The notes: generated by a model from the letters alone, not told the origin. Counted from the first letter of the whole stretch, positions 24,585-37,630 are shown. The stretch is DNA of 62,182 nt, filler included, from Rhabdomonas costata (GCA_019059605.1; 29 parts of 29 records of this genome joined end to end with filler, not necessarily neighbours in it), one strand, 5' to 3'. Made by a program: numbers and translations.

Positions 24585-25675
24585 ATGATGTGCGCCCTGT
24601 TCTTCGCCACGTGTGGCCTACTGTGTGGGGGCCTCTCCGTTCTCACGGTGGGACTTTTGGTGGGCTTCGAGGCGGGCGCCAGTTGTGGGGTTCTGGGTAT
24701 TAGCCTCGCCGTGAGCGCGTTGCAGTGGGTTATTGTGCGATGGCAGCTGCGGCAATGCCTGCTGCTGCCCCAAGGTCGGTCCAGCACATACTGCTATAGC
24801 AGTGGCAGCATCCCAACCGAAGTAAATGGTCCGAGCTGTCGGTGGTCATGGTGCGTGTGGTTGGTGTGGGCGGAGGTTCATGCGGTGCAGAGGGAGGTGG
24901 CCGCGCTGCACTCCCATCGTCAGGACGAGTTGCTTCGATTCCTGAGCAACCTTTCGCACGAGCTGAATACCAACCTCAACGCCATCACTGGCGCTGTGCA
25001 GGTGCTGTGGTTTCATGCTCAAGCTCATGAGAGCAACAGGGCGAAGCTTTTCTACATTTTCTCCTTGCTTCCTCCTTGACTTCGCGCAGGCGAGGTTAAA
25101 AACCGAGACACGAGCGTGCCCTGGGTTTTTTCCTTGTTCCAGATGATGGGCGGAAAGGAGCACCGAGAAATGGTCGGTGCTGTTCTAGCGTAGGGCGGGC
25201 ATGATTTTTGTTGCGCGCGGTGGTTTCTATTGGAGTTTAAAACGCTTTGCGGATGCGTTTCTGAAAAGTTCAACCTTTTTAGGGACGTATCGATTGTTGG
25301 CTTTGCAGGACTATTAGTTCTTATCCACCACCCTCCGGTATAACGAAAACATCGTCTGTCAAAGTACATATTCACACCCTAGCTCCAATTGCCAAATGCA
25401 AATTCTCACTTGACAGTATAGTTCGCATTGTCTTCTGAATATATCCTAGCTAAGGAACCAAATTTGTTCTCCCTGGGTTTCGCTCCTCCAGATGATCGGT
25501 GGAAAGGATGACCTAGAGATGATGCAGGTCATCGGTCACGCCTCCCGTGTGATGACCAACCTGGTCTCCGACTTCTCCGACCTCTACGAGTGCACCCAGC
25601 AACAGCTCGAGCTGAACCTGCGGCCCTTCTCGTTGACGGCGCTGACGCTTCAGCTTCAGCACCTTTTCGAGGGGG
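24585..25675 (+). CDS. Membrane sensor histidine kinase, partial (TMs + HisKA); exons ~24585-25001 and 25492-contig end
   Basis: Hydrophobic segments, then FLSNLSHELNTNLNAITGAVQ|MIGGKDDLEMMQVIGHASRVMTNLVSDFSDLY...LELNLRPFSL (H-box His at 24957). GT-AG intron 25002-25491. Confidence 0.88.
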
Positions 25676-26385
25676 NNNNNNNNNNNNNNNNNNNNNNNNN
25701 NNNNNNNNNNNNNNNNNNNTTAATTAATTAANNNNNNNNNNNNNNNNNNNNNNNNNNNNNNNNNNNNNNNNNNNNTGTGGTTGTGACACATCAGACCGCG
25801 AAGAGAGGGTCCACACGAGCCACGGAAGAATGACAAAGTATGGAAAGATGCACAATCCTAACATGATTCTCTGCTGCCCGCTTCTAGGCCCAATTTAGTA
25901 CAACGGTTACCAACAATCTGAACAACTCACCCGCAACAATTTTACTGGGCTCCGCGACTCAAGACATCTTGAAAACATCTGGGGACACGTACATCGCCAC
26001 TTAACCCCTGGAGCCAAAAATACGATCGTTTGTCTCACTCCCCGGTCTGGAAACAAAAAAATGCGGTCGAACGTTCTGAGTTGACCAGCGAAAAGTAATG
26101 TCGCCAGATCCGAAATATCTAAACAAAAAAATTGCGTTGCGCTTGCATACATGCGAGGGTGGAGCAGAAACATTGAAACAAAGCATTGAACTACAGCAGG
26201 CCTTCATAATTTCACTGCGATTCAGATGAAAAGAAAAGAAATTTGGCGTAAAATTTTCTTAGGAAACTGCGAAAACTGCAGAGATGGGGAAGAGGGAAGA
26301 GCTTATTAGAGGGTGCTGCGGGAAAGGGTGCAGGTCAGGGATGAGTTCAAACAGACGGGTTGGAGATAGGGATGTGATCACAAAC

Positions 26386-27442
26386 CAGCAAAATGGCATC
26401 CGCAGAGTACACGTGGGGAATGTTTGCACACGTGTATATTGACTTCGCGCACTTGTGGTACGACACCCATAGCCTGCGAGGCGGGGAACCTCCCACAGGT
26501 CTATTTGAGATCTGGAAGAAAACGAACAACACAGCGAACTGCGGGGAGCAAAACCAGAGTCAACCGAAAATGAACGGAAGCACACTGCATTAAAAGGTCA
26601 ATTCCTCCGGTAAACAAGAACCAGGGACCACCGTATCAAAGAGCGTCGGGAAGGGGGGAGCACCCACCCACCCACACTAGCAGTGACGGTGCATCCTTTT
26701 GCAGTCCACACAGGACGACCTCTGAAGCACAGCTCTCGAAATTACGAAGGATGCAGATGCATCACGCAGGGAAGGAAAAGAGAGACAGAAACAGACATTC
26801 AACTGCCCGATACCTGGCTCAGGACAATCAGCCAGTTCATAAACGTGATGATGGAGCCCATGTTGGGCCGACCCAGGGTGAGGTACCGGCTGACCACAGC
26901 AACGGAGCGGATCCCGCGAACCTAAACCGAAAACATCTCTCTCCTTCACCCAGTTCGATGCTGGCGTCCAGTAAATGGTTAAAGTTCACCAAAAAGGAGA
27001 GAGGAGAGACCAGAACTGCTTCAAAGCAAAAACAATGAGGCAGAGGGACGGCGAGAAAGTTGACCACTGCAGTGGCAACCTTTCAGGGAAAGGCATAAAA
27101 AGATGCATTGTTCGAAAACCCGGGTGATCAACGATCAGACGCCAGCCAATTCAGCTTACGACCAATCTTCGCAACAAACCTTTGCAATCAAGTGGTCAGG
27201 CACCAGTCCAGGCAGGGCCCAGTAGGGGACTCCGTCTACAGTTACTGCCACATCCGATTCCACCTCGGGACCATCACTGGAGTTCGCAGCGCCCATTTCA
27301 CGGAAGCCACCATCGGGGTCCTCATCGAGGTCGTCCTTGTCAACCTCGAGCTCACCCGGGACAGCCCCATCCGCACTGGAGTCATCATCGTCAGCCTCGT
27401 TAGCTTCGTCAGCGCCCAAAGGGGCGACGGAGGGACCAGCCC
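26386..27442 (-). CDS. Hypothetical protein, three internal exons (27442-27180, 26921-26814, 26511-26386)
   Basis: Phase-0 GT-AG introns join an acidic region to VPDHLIAK|VRGIRSVAVV...LIVLSQ|ISNRPV...; family not recognised. Confidence 0.55.
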
Positions 27443-28333
27443 CTGAGTTATTCTTAGCAAGCCACACATTCTTTGCAGCCGCCACACCTGCACAAACAGA
27501 GCGCTGGGAAACCTCTCGATCCGAATCATCATCAATTATCCATTCAGCATTCAGCACAAACAGTATGTACTTGCAACCAAAACAGTTTCGTACTCCTGAG
27601 CTTAACCCTATCTCCGATATTCCATGAATTTGGCCCCGAAAAACCTCCCCCTCCACGTCTCATTGGTCCATTAGGGGCAACTATTAGTAGTCGGCCACTA
27701 CATCGCGCCTCAGCAACAACTTTGGCCATGGCAATTCTCAAGGGTCCAAGATGACACCCCATAACCCCTGTCGAATATGTTAACTCAGCAATATCATGCC
27801 AGGGCGCATAAAACAACCAAAANNNNNNNNNNNNNNNNNNNNNNNNNNNNNNNNNNNNNNNNNNNNTTAATTAATTAANNNNNNNNNNNNNNNNNNNNNN
27901 NNNNNNNNNNNNNNNNNNNNNNTTGTTTTTTGTTTATCGTGAGTAATATCGCAGTTGCGTTTTGCTGTATTATTAAGAATTGGTGGAATCTTCCTTTGTT
28001 AGCAGCAACACTGTTACCGAGGGAAAGGACGAGGTTCCGGGGGCGCCGGATGCCGAACAGTGCGAAAGGGCATTTTGAAAAAGCAGGTGCATTTTTATGA
28101 TGAGCTCTTCAACTTTTTCAGTTTTCGGGTGACAGTTGAGGGAATGAAAAACACAAATCGCAAGGCATATCTTTTTTTGCTCATGGCGATGCAGGACCTT
28201 CTCTCTCTCTTTCACTTTCTATCTCTTTGTGCGCAGAAGTACGATCTTGTGCGAACCATTTGTTCCGCGTCGTTCATGTTTTTTACTGTGCGGACTTGCT
28301 TTGCATAAGTCCGATTGGATATTTGCGAGACCC

Positions 28334-29606
28334 ATGCCGACTCACTATGAGACGTTGGGCGTGCACCGGACCGCATCCCTGCAGGAGATCAAGCAAGTTT
28401 ATCGAAAGAAAGGCGTGATTTCTTCTTTGGACCACCTATTTATGACTTCTGTGGTCGTGCTTGTTCCATCCAAGCACGGGTCGAAGTGCACAAAAGAACC
28501 TCTTCCGTGAAACAAGAGCCAGCATACAACAGCAAAAGCGCGGCATACAGTCGAGTTTTGTCCTTGGGTCCGCGCAGAACGGGTCATGCCTTCGATATAG
28601 ACCGGCAAGTCAACTTCCACACCCCCCCCCCCCCTCTCCCGAACAAATGTTCGGGGATGGGGTTGCGCTATGTATATATGTAGTTATGCCTAATGTTCAC
28701 ACCAGTCTGGTGACGGTGACTTGGGGACCTGTGTTTCGCTTCATCCCTCCATCCCTCCATCCATTGACCCACCCGGCCCATTTCATTCATCCCTGCCATT
28801 CCTGCATTCGTGCATGCACTCACTCTCACTTTCAAGCATGCCGGCGCGGAGGTGGGAGGCGTAGTGTTTGGGGGATGGGGCGGCATTCAGCGCTTGAGAA
28901 CCACCCCGACAAGTGCAAGGATCGCGAGCACATCTTCAAGGAGATCACCCAGGCCTACGAGGTGCTGGGCGATGAGTCGCGGCGGGCAGCGTACGACTTG
29001 GAACTGGACTCCCAAATGGCCTCCAAGGCAACACGAGGCTCTCCAGGGATGCCCTCTGGAGGCAGCGCCAGGATGAACCGCACCGAGCGCGAGGTCCGCG
29101 TCAATCACTGCTCCAGTTGCCATTCTCCATTTTCCGGTTGCGCCTATTTGTAGTGGCGATTAGTAATATATGGGTTATGAACGGTTCACTCTTAAGCCTT
29201 TGTTTTGCTGACCGAAAGAAACAAAGTCAGCAACAAAGACATCTGTAGTGGTTCATGCCCGCATCCCACGACACATGGACTGCAGCCAGTCCACACGTTC
29301 CCTTCCGTGTGCATATGGTCACTACGTAATCATGAAGCATTGACAGATGAGAGGGACGATGTTAATCGTTGCTCTCACTATTATTTATCCTATAAACAAA
29401 CAACAAGACACGTGTTGGAGCGTGGCGTTGGTGTGAATCGACCATGAGCGTGGCCGAGGGTGTGCGTGGCTCTGGTGTAGGCTTTTCGCCGTGAGGAAAA
29501 GGACCTCCTGAGCAAGATCTTCGAGCAGGACCGAGCGTTCATGGCGCGTGCCCGTCAGGAGTGCGACACCACAAGAGAGGACCTAGAACGCTTTATGAAG
29601 ACTCAG
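28334..29606 (+). CDS. J-domain (DnaJC-type) protein, N-terminal part; exons 28334-28412, 28891-29093, 29481-29606
   Basis: MPTHYETLGVHRTASLQEIKQVYRKK|ALENHPDK...FKEITQAYEVLGDESRRAAYD is a full J domain with HPD. Intron 1 must be GC-AG to keep frame. Confidence 0.92.
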
Positions 29607-30073
29607 GTGAGTCGTCATACCCTCCTCCCTTGCGTGGTGCACGGTGGGTGTCTCTTTTGCCGAGAAGAAGAGCCCAGTTTGCAGCGACGTGAATGGTGCT
29701 GCCAAAGAGCAAGCACAACAAAGGTAACCAGTGGCAGGCCAAGCGGGACTCTTCACTCTCTCACCTCCTTCGTGAGGAGATCACAGTTCACAGTCTCAGC
29801 AGGTGAGGAGATCACAGTCTTCAGCAGGTTGGGATTGTTATTGATCGAAATGAAAAAGAAGCCAGAGTGTTCTTACGAGCATTCGAAGTCGCTGTAACCT
29901 CAATGGTGAGCCGTTCCGGCACCCTGGAAGCCTCGAGGCAACTCATCAACAAACCCGGCACCCCACCCCNNNNNNNNNNNNNNNNNNNNNNNNNNNNNNN
30001 NNNNNNNNNNNNNTTAATTAATTAANNNNNNNNNNNNNNNNNNNNNNNNNNNNNNNNNNNNNNNNNNNNTGGT

Positions 30074-30316
30074 GTTTGTGTTCCGTTCGATAAGTTTGTG
30101 TTCCATAGGGATAGAAGCAGTGGTGTTTAGGTGACAAGCAAAACCCCACGATCCGCCGCATTTTCTGCCCTCCTCCATTTTGTCACAACATGTTAACCGT
30201 CTACAGAAAAAACGGAGGAGGGCAGAAAATGCGGCGGATCGTGGGGTTTTGTTTGTCACCTAAACACCACTGCTTCTATCCCTATGGAACACAAACTTAT
30301 CGAACGGAACACAAAC
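30074..30316. repeat. Long fold-back inverted repeat (~105-bp arms, ~35-nt loop) at contig start
   Basis: Arms are reverse complements with about one mismatch. Confidence 0.9.
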
Positions 30317-33300
30317 TGCACCAGCAAATAAAATACGAAAAAGCTGGAAAATGAAGTCAATGAGTCAAAAATGTGATGCAAAAAAATATGCAAAATATGC
30401 ATATAAGTTCCAAGCCAGAAAATCCGGAGGGGTCGAAAATGAAAAAAGCAACTTTTTGCAGGTTGCACTCTTTCCCAGCCCTGAAGCAGCTTGAAATTGA
30501 GAAAGTCGACCATCAGTACGAAGTAATACCCCATAGTTTTAAAGGCCAAAACCAAAAAGCGTGTAAATTTCAGTATGTTCGCTGTGATATCCCACGGTGT
30601 CGTGCATGTCCATCTCTGCCCATAAAACCGGATACGAACACCAAAATTTCATATTCCAAACTTGTCGCACAGGACATTCCTCAACGAGACCCAAAATAAC
30701 GATAGCGCTGACAAAATGTTGACGGCCATGGCTATCATCTTTTTGCCATCGCTGTTGTGTTTTCAAATGTGATAGCAAACGCCATGGGCTTGCCGTCGCT
30801 TTCATTCGTCCAATTCTTTTACAAAAAAAACTCAAATGCTGCGCAGCTGCTCTTAAAGCGTCATACCGGAAAAGGACCTTGTGAAGGGCCTGTCAGACCT
30901 GTGGAAGAAAGGAGAACGAAGAGATGTTAACGGAGCCAAAGGCTGGAAAAAAATGAGCGACAAAGACGAGAGACCTTGTTTTGCTATATGGGCTGAAACA
31001 AACTCAGAGGGCCTGAATAACATAAGAACCAACGGGACTTGAAAAACTGGCTGGCCGGTAAAGTGATTCTAAATCTGCTGTCCCCTGTGGCATTTACGTT
31101 TAGGTGTGTTTGCTCAGTTTGTTCGCGGCTGGCCGAAGCAGCATCGTCGGTTTTCCCGTCGCCCTGCTTTCCCTCCCGGTCACCACCACTCGACTGCTCG
31201 ACGTACAAAACTTCCCGCTTCAGCGTTCTCTGTCCACTTCTCTGTGACCCGTTTTTGCACCCAAGTCACGCGTTGCTGATGTAAAGCGCTGTTCTAAGTT
31301 GCCTTGAATTTGTTCGAGCTGAACACAAGTAAACCACCAAACCAACAAAAGAAGAAAGAAAACCTGGAGTCTGGTGGCAGAAGAAGCCTCTGCAACTCTT
31401 GAAGTCTGGCCTCCGTCCTTTCAGCAAGAGTGCTTGTCTGTGAAACCGAAAGAAGCCCGACGTTGGGAATGAGATGAACATCTTGGCCCAGATCTTCAAC
31501 GACGAACCTACAAGAAGGAAACAAAAGCAACCGAACGAAACAAAGAAAAAAGCAAACATATTCCAAAAGGGGGGCGTGGACATTTAACACCATGCAACCA
31601 ACGAAAGAAATTCATGCGAATACCTCGAATGTCCACTATTCGCACTGGCGGATTCCTGCTTCATTCTTAGCTTGCTTCCCCCGATGGGAAGAAAGCCTTT
31701 CCGATTAATTCCTTGCTTGGGAAAGTAATCTGAAATCAAGGAATGTGAAATCGTCAAGGGTGCAGTTCAACCTGAATCCTCAGTTCGTTTCTGGGTTTTC
31801 AATAGAAGGGAGAAATCAAGTTTGCTATGAGAATGGGGGGACGATATATCAGCCTCACGATATATCTTCGAACAATAATTGGTTGCATTTTGGGCACAAT
31901 TAGCACCGGACCAGTTGCGTCGCCAGTGTTGTGAACTGGCCGTGGACCATTCATTCCTCCAGCCCTGACATGAATCTCGCTCTGCTTCCGGCCTCTCCGC
32001 CAAGCTCTGTGCATAGTTAGGTGGAGATAAAGGAGTATGACTCCCTGTGGGGGCTACATTTGCAGGTGCTGGACAAATTCGACCCAGGTCTGGTGAGTAG
32101 AGAACACAACAACAANNNNNNNNNNNNNNNNNNNNNNNNNNNNNNNNNNNNNNNNNNNNTTAATTAATTAANNNNNNNNNNNNNNNNNNNNNNNNNNNNN
32201 NNNNNNNNNNNNNNNAATAAAGATCGTTTGTGGTTTTTATTATAACACACCTGTTTGGAACTATATTTGGAATCACATATTGCGCTGAACCGCTTGAACA
32301 ATACAAAAATTACTGTACATTACGTCAAACCATGTCACGTTTTTGGCTTGAATAGTTTATAACTTCTGTAAAATGTTCGTGCTCCAATTTTCTGCGTATT
32401 TAGTTTTTTATACCCATGACTTTTTCTGCATGTTTGTGGGCGTCGCTGTGAATAACTTTTGCAGTGTGCTGCTTCTGTTTTATAACAATGAAACTTAAAT
32501 TACATAAGACATGTTCAACAACGGTACACTGCGCTAATTTATGTTTCACTTTGTAAAGCCATGTCATGTCACGTAATCTTGCAGAATTCACGAAATTTAA
32601 TTGGCCATGGCAGGCAATATGAGGGATGTACTTTTAACCAAACTTATGGAAGTAGAATTGCGCTCTTGTTGTCATACAAGCTGTAAAAAACCTATGCAAA
32701 CACATGACCCATAATTTTCTATAAAAATCTTATGGCTCCGCTCCCATTGATGGTCACAAAATATAAAGATTTAATCTCTACGGTGGGCCTTAGTAATATT
32801 TGGAACAAACACTCACAGTTAATTATTTGATTTTTCCACTACGGTTCCTTAGCTGTTTAATTTTTCTCCAATTTCAGAAACCACCACAGACTTAGTTTTA
32901 CCCGGTGTTTTCACCCATTTATGTTACACAAGAGGAGCATTTGATCAGGTGCACCGAGTAATTGTCACACGGGACTCTGCAGTGGTGTCATCATGTCCTT
33001 TTTTGAAAGGCCAATCATCCGTAAAAAAGCTGTGCTGAACTTAATTGGCGTCATGCAAATCAAAGAATTTAATACTTTTAGCCGCGCGGTTGCGTGGGGC
33101 AACTTAATTGCGCTTTAGCTGCCATGTATTTCGAGTGTCATTACATGCTGTACGTTAGAGTTTTGATGCGGGTGACTTTTTTCTAGACAAATTTATCTTT
33201 CAGAGTTGCCGTATTTTTATGCTGTTTAATAATGTGTTAAACATCAGTAGTGACTATTGCTCAGTGACTGTGGCCACAGTTGAAGTGGAATCGTTGATTT

Positions 33301-34794
33301 CAGTGGTTGGGTGATCATCAGCAAGGCACATCTACGCATGTCTTGAATGCTTTTTGTCTGGTTCTTTGGTACTGTGTGGTGGAAGTCAAATTTCTGTTGG
33401 ACGCTTAGCATCTGGAATCGGATGATGTGTCTGGCTATCGATGTTTGAAGTGCGTATTGACTGGACGTTGAGGTTTAGGAGCGTGGTTTTGTGCAAGACT
33501 AAATGCGAGAGATAAGCGAGTCTTAGGAGAGAGAGCGTTCCACTTAGTAGTGATTTGTTAGCCCCAGCTACTTTGTGGTACTTGCCTATCACTATTGACC
33601 ATGTCGTGCACGAACGCGCATCCAGGCTTGGAGTAATAAAACAGGCCCGTACTTGGTGGCAATACAGGATGTTTGACGAACGTGACGGATAGCAGATCAA
33701 GGGTTGCCATGTCCATACGGTACACCAACACCCCTCGTCACCACCACCAGCGTACTCACCATGAACAGCTGCAGCCACCAGGATTGAGTAGATGCCATGA
33801 ACCACCCACGGCCACAACACCCACCGGTCCCCTAGCACCACTACCCACTCACTACAAAGGTTGACAGCACAAGCACTCACACCATGGCCTTGGGTCCACA
33901 GCACTCGTAACTCCACTACCAGAGCCCCAACAAGCAGCAGCTCAACCATGGGAGTGAGCACACAGCATGAACCACCCTCGGTCACACAGTACACCGTTAC
34001 CCCACAGCCTACTACCCACTCAAACACAACACTACACACACGAAACCTGAATGCTGGATGCCAACTTGGGAGCGCAAAGCCGGATAGCATGGAACCTGCA
34101 CGAACACCACAACAAGCAACCCATACCAACACCGCCCATGTACACAGAGAGAAGCAAGATGAAGCACCGAAGGCAACGCGCACCAAACTCCAAGTCAAGC
34201 ACACCTGACACACCTACGTCCTCCGCCGAACCCAAAAGCACCACCCACCTTCTGACCCAAACCCNNNNNNNNNNNNNNNNNNNNNNNNNNNNNNNNNNNN
34301 NNNNNNNNTTAATTAATTAANNNNNNNNNNNNNNNNNNNNNNNNNNNNNNNNNNNNNNNNNNNNTGTGTTGGCTGTGGTTGGGTTTTGGGGGGGGCGAAC
34401 GATAAAATCAGCAAAAACTCAGAAATCAGGTCAAGCCCGACCGAACTGTATTCAATATACCTCACCGCTGAAAACGTTGGGTTCCAAGCTTGTTCTGGTT
34501 CCCGTGCCCCCAGAAGCAAAAGAGTGTTGATAACAGCATGCCCGTGTGACTGCATCGAGTTACAAGGTGCCATGGGTGATTGTGATTTGAGATGCGCTTT
34601 ATTTCGGATGCATATTTCACGGAAATCGTTTTGGCCTCTCCCTTTTCACACAGACAGAATACGGACCACAAAAGAAGCCGAAGCACTGAGGTGGTGGTGT
34701 GGCTAATCTCACCTGTGGTGGCGATTTCCCCACCGAGCTAAAAGCAGCTAAAAACGGACACAGTTGTTCTGTAACTCCTGCGCTGGCGTCACAC

Positions 34795-35835
34795 CTCGTC
34801 CTCCTCCGGGAAGTAGCTCAGCGGGGCGACGTATGTCGTCAGGGCGTTCTCGATCACAAAGTGGGTTGCGAAGTTGGGCGTGGGGAAGGCTCGGATGGCC
34901 TGCCCTCCATCTGTGGCGGTCAGCAGTATCTCCTGCCGCGCCGGCGCAATTTCCTCCGAACGCTCCGCCGCGGCCTCCTCCAGCTCCTCCACACGGGACT
35001 CCACTCCCGCCGCAACCTGGTAGTCGTACCGAGTGCCCTCGATGTGCCCCTTCCGCTTGGAAGGGTCCGCAGTGGCTGCCTCGAAGATCTCATTGAGGCT
35101 CACTCCGGGCAGGAGATCGTCCAGCAAGAGGTAGTGCCCGGGGTCCTGCTGCTCCTCGCCCATCCACCGGGGCTTCGAGAAGTTTGGGTTCGCCGCGATG
35201 GCCAGGGAGCGGCTCGCGGCGCGGAAGTCGTACGTGGTCATCACAGAGCCCTCTGCGAAGTGGGCCCCGGGATTGTAGCTCTGCGGGCTGGGGAACAGCC
35301 AGGGCACGACGCGGTACACTGCAGCGTGCTTGCGGGTCAGCTCTGGGGTGCCGGGCAGGTTGTCCAGGGCCCACGCCAGAAGGCACACCGCGGGCATCAC
35401 CAGGTCCATCGACGCGGCGGTCTTTCGCCCCGTGGGGCGCAGGGCGTTGTTGATGACGCGGTAGGGCGCCTGCCTCGCGGGGTCCTCCTCCCCTGCGGTC
35501 CACCACCGGCACGTCGCCACGGCCAGGACGTCGTTGGGGTAGTGCTGCTGAGCCCACTCCAGGCACTGCTGCGCAAACACCACGGCGTTGACGCTGCCCG
35601 CGCTGATCAGGCCGTTGGCGGCGACCAGGAGGGCATCAGGCTCGTCCAGGATGCGGCTGTGGAAGTCCACTAGGTCGCGGTAGGAGCGCTCCCAGGCTTC
35701 GTCACGGCACACCGCCGCCCCGAAGGCCATCTCCACGGGGTCTGTGTGGAGGACACGGGACAGTGGCGGAGCCTTTTCTGGATGGAACCAACACTTGACT
35801 ACAGCCATTCTACCACCCAATAGGGGTTCAGCCAT
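34795..35835 (-). CDS. Mono-ADP-ribosyltransferase (ARTC/exotoxin-like R-S-E fold) with a ~100-aa insertion
   Basis: WT...YRVINNALR...LAWALDNLP...VYRVV (R)...YDFRAASRSLAIAANPNF (STS-like)...[insert]...FVIE...VAPLSYFPEEDE (ExE). Main exon 35741-34795, then GAG|GTGTGA, probably a donor. A short first exon from ATG 35835 is possible. Confidence 0.8.
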
Positions 35836-37630
35836 TGTCTTCGGTGTGGCAGCACCGCCCTCTTGCAGCCGCAAAAACCATTGTCCTCAAGAAATCACTC
35901 CAGTGTGTGTCCTCCGCGTGACACCTTCACATCTGTGGTCTTCCATGGCTCCAAAATCTGAGTGAAAAACCGAGCTACGTTCCTCACCCCTAGTGATGAG
36001 GAGGGGACTGAGCGAGTAGCAAAGGACCGACAAGAGTGATAGAGAGAGGGAGGTCGAACGGAGTGAGGTCGTAGAAGATGAAGATACCCCACTCATGCTC
36101 GCTATGAGCCTCTACTCCTCAAGGGTGGTGTGTCTCGCTACGCGAGTAATGTCTTGTGAAGGACTCCCCCCCCAGCACGTCATGAAAATAAGGCGAGCAG
36201 TGGAAGTCCAGAGGAGTTCAGCCTGATACAACAGAAGCCAAAGCATCCATCGAGATCCACCGGTCCCTTACATTTTAGTGCCAAAGTCATTCCTCACTTT
36301 CTGAAAGTGGTTTCAGGCAGCCATTCAGGGTGGTGGCATGTGTAAAAAGGAGTGGGAAGGAAAGAGGAAAGACCTGCCGCTGGGAGGATAAGCTTCCGCT
36401 TCTTCCTCCGNNNNNNNNNNNNNNNNNNNNNNNNNNNNNNNNNNNNNNNNNNNNTTAATTAATTAANNNNNNNNNNNNNNNNNNNNNNNNNNNNNNNNNN
36501 NNNNNNNNNNCCTGCGGAAGTTCAGTCAGCCTCATCACGGACTCCGCTGCCGCGTATCACGCCACCTTGAGTGGCCGCGCGTCCACTCGTCACCCTACTT
36601 TTTAGTAAATAAAAACAGTTGTGTACCTTTCCTCCCGTTGCCTTCTCCTGGGCCCCGGGAAACGAAAGTTTCCGAAGGAAACCATTGTTTCTCTTGTTTA
36701 GTTTTTTTTTTTTGCAAATTGCCTGTTGAGGTGGTTGTGTTCGCAAAAATCGGTGTGGAGCGTTTCTGATGCATGAGTTCTATTCACTTGACAGTATGAC
36801 CAAAGTTGTGCTTGCTCCATCATGTCTGGCTGGCTGTTCCCCGTAGCTCTGATGCTCTCTCACTCACTGAGCTGGGTAAAGGGTAAATACTGGTACGGCA
36901 CCCAAAATAAGCTCGGATCCAGATCACGGTCTAACACACACTGGTCTGCGAAATGGGATGTCCATGATTATTTTCACTCTACGCTTGTAGAAGTTCTTTA
37001 CTATGGTCGGAAAAGGAAGCTCGAAAATACTTAGAAAGAATGTGATGTACCCCTCTCTCCTCCACGCCGCTGCTTAATCGAGAGAATCCCAGTTGAGCAC
37101 TATTTACGCACGAAGTCGGTCTTTTTTTATTACTTAATAATGATGAAAAGATTCAGTGCAATACATTCTTCGGTCTGCCCTCTTTCCTTATTGCTAGTTG
37201 ACGGGTGGGTTTCTGCTCGCTAATCACGATCATGAAAGTTGCTCATTCAATGAAAAGAAGAAAATGAAACGATGCGCTGCGTGCACTCTGTTCTAGTCCT
37301 TTCCACACACACACACAACATCCTCAGGTGCACAATCCTGCTAGGAATGCGGGGGCGGTTTCAGAACACATCAGTGAAAAGTGAGTGAGTGAGTGAGTTA
37401 ACATTTTCGTGAGAGAGAGATTGACCTTTCTAAGTCATCAGTTAAATCTCGAGACTCTGGTCATCTGCAGGCACTTATGTCCCTAACCAGTCACCTAATG
37501 GCCCCCGTGTTTCACAGGGGAAGACCTGGTTGGGGTGGGCCAGAGCTGTCTTTAGCCTAACACTTAATCGCACAAACCCTCCCATGTGAAAAACCTCCGT
37601 CCCGCGAGTGGCAGTGTGAAAACAGAGAAC

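Noticed and set aside
703..25675. Two-component operon or gene cluster linking the kinases and the receiver
   Set aside because: The genes are on separate contigs, so adjacency in the window is artificial. Introns exclude a bacterial operon.
32216..34264. AT-rich block plus a 275-aa minus-strand ORF as a LINE or transposase
   Set aside because: All frames in the AT-rich part are heavily interrupted and I found no RT, endonuclease or DDE motifs. It may be a relic but I cannot support a call.
34699..35673. 324-aa plus-strand ORF
   Set aside because: It is the antisense shadow of the GC-rich ART exon and has no motifs.
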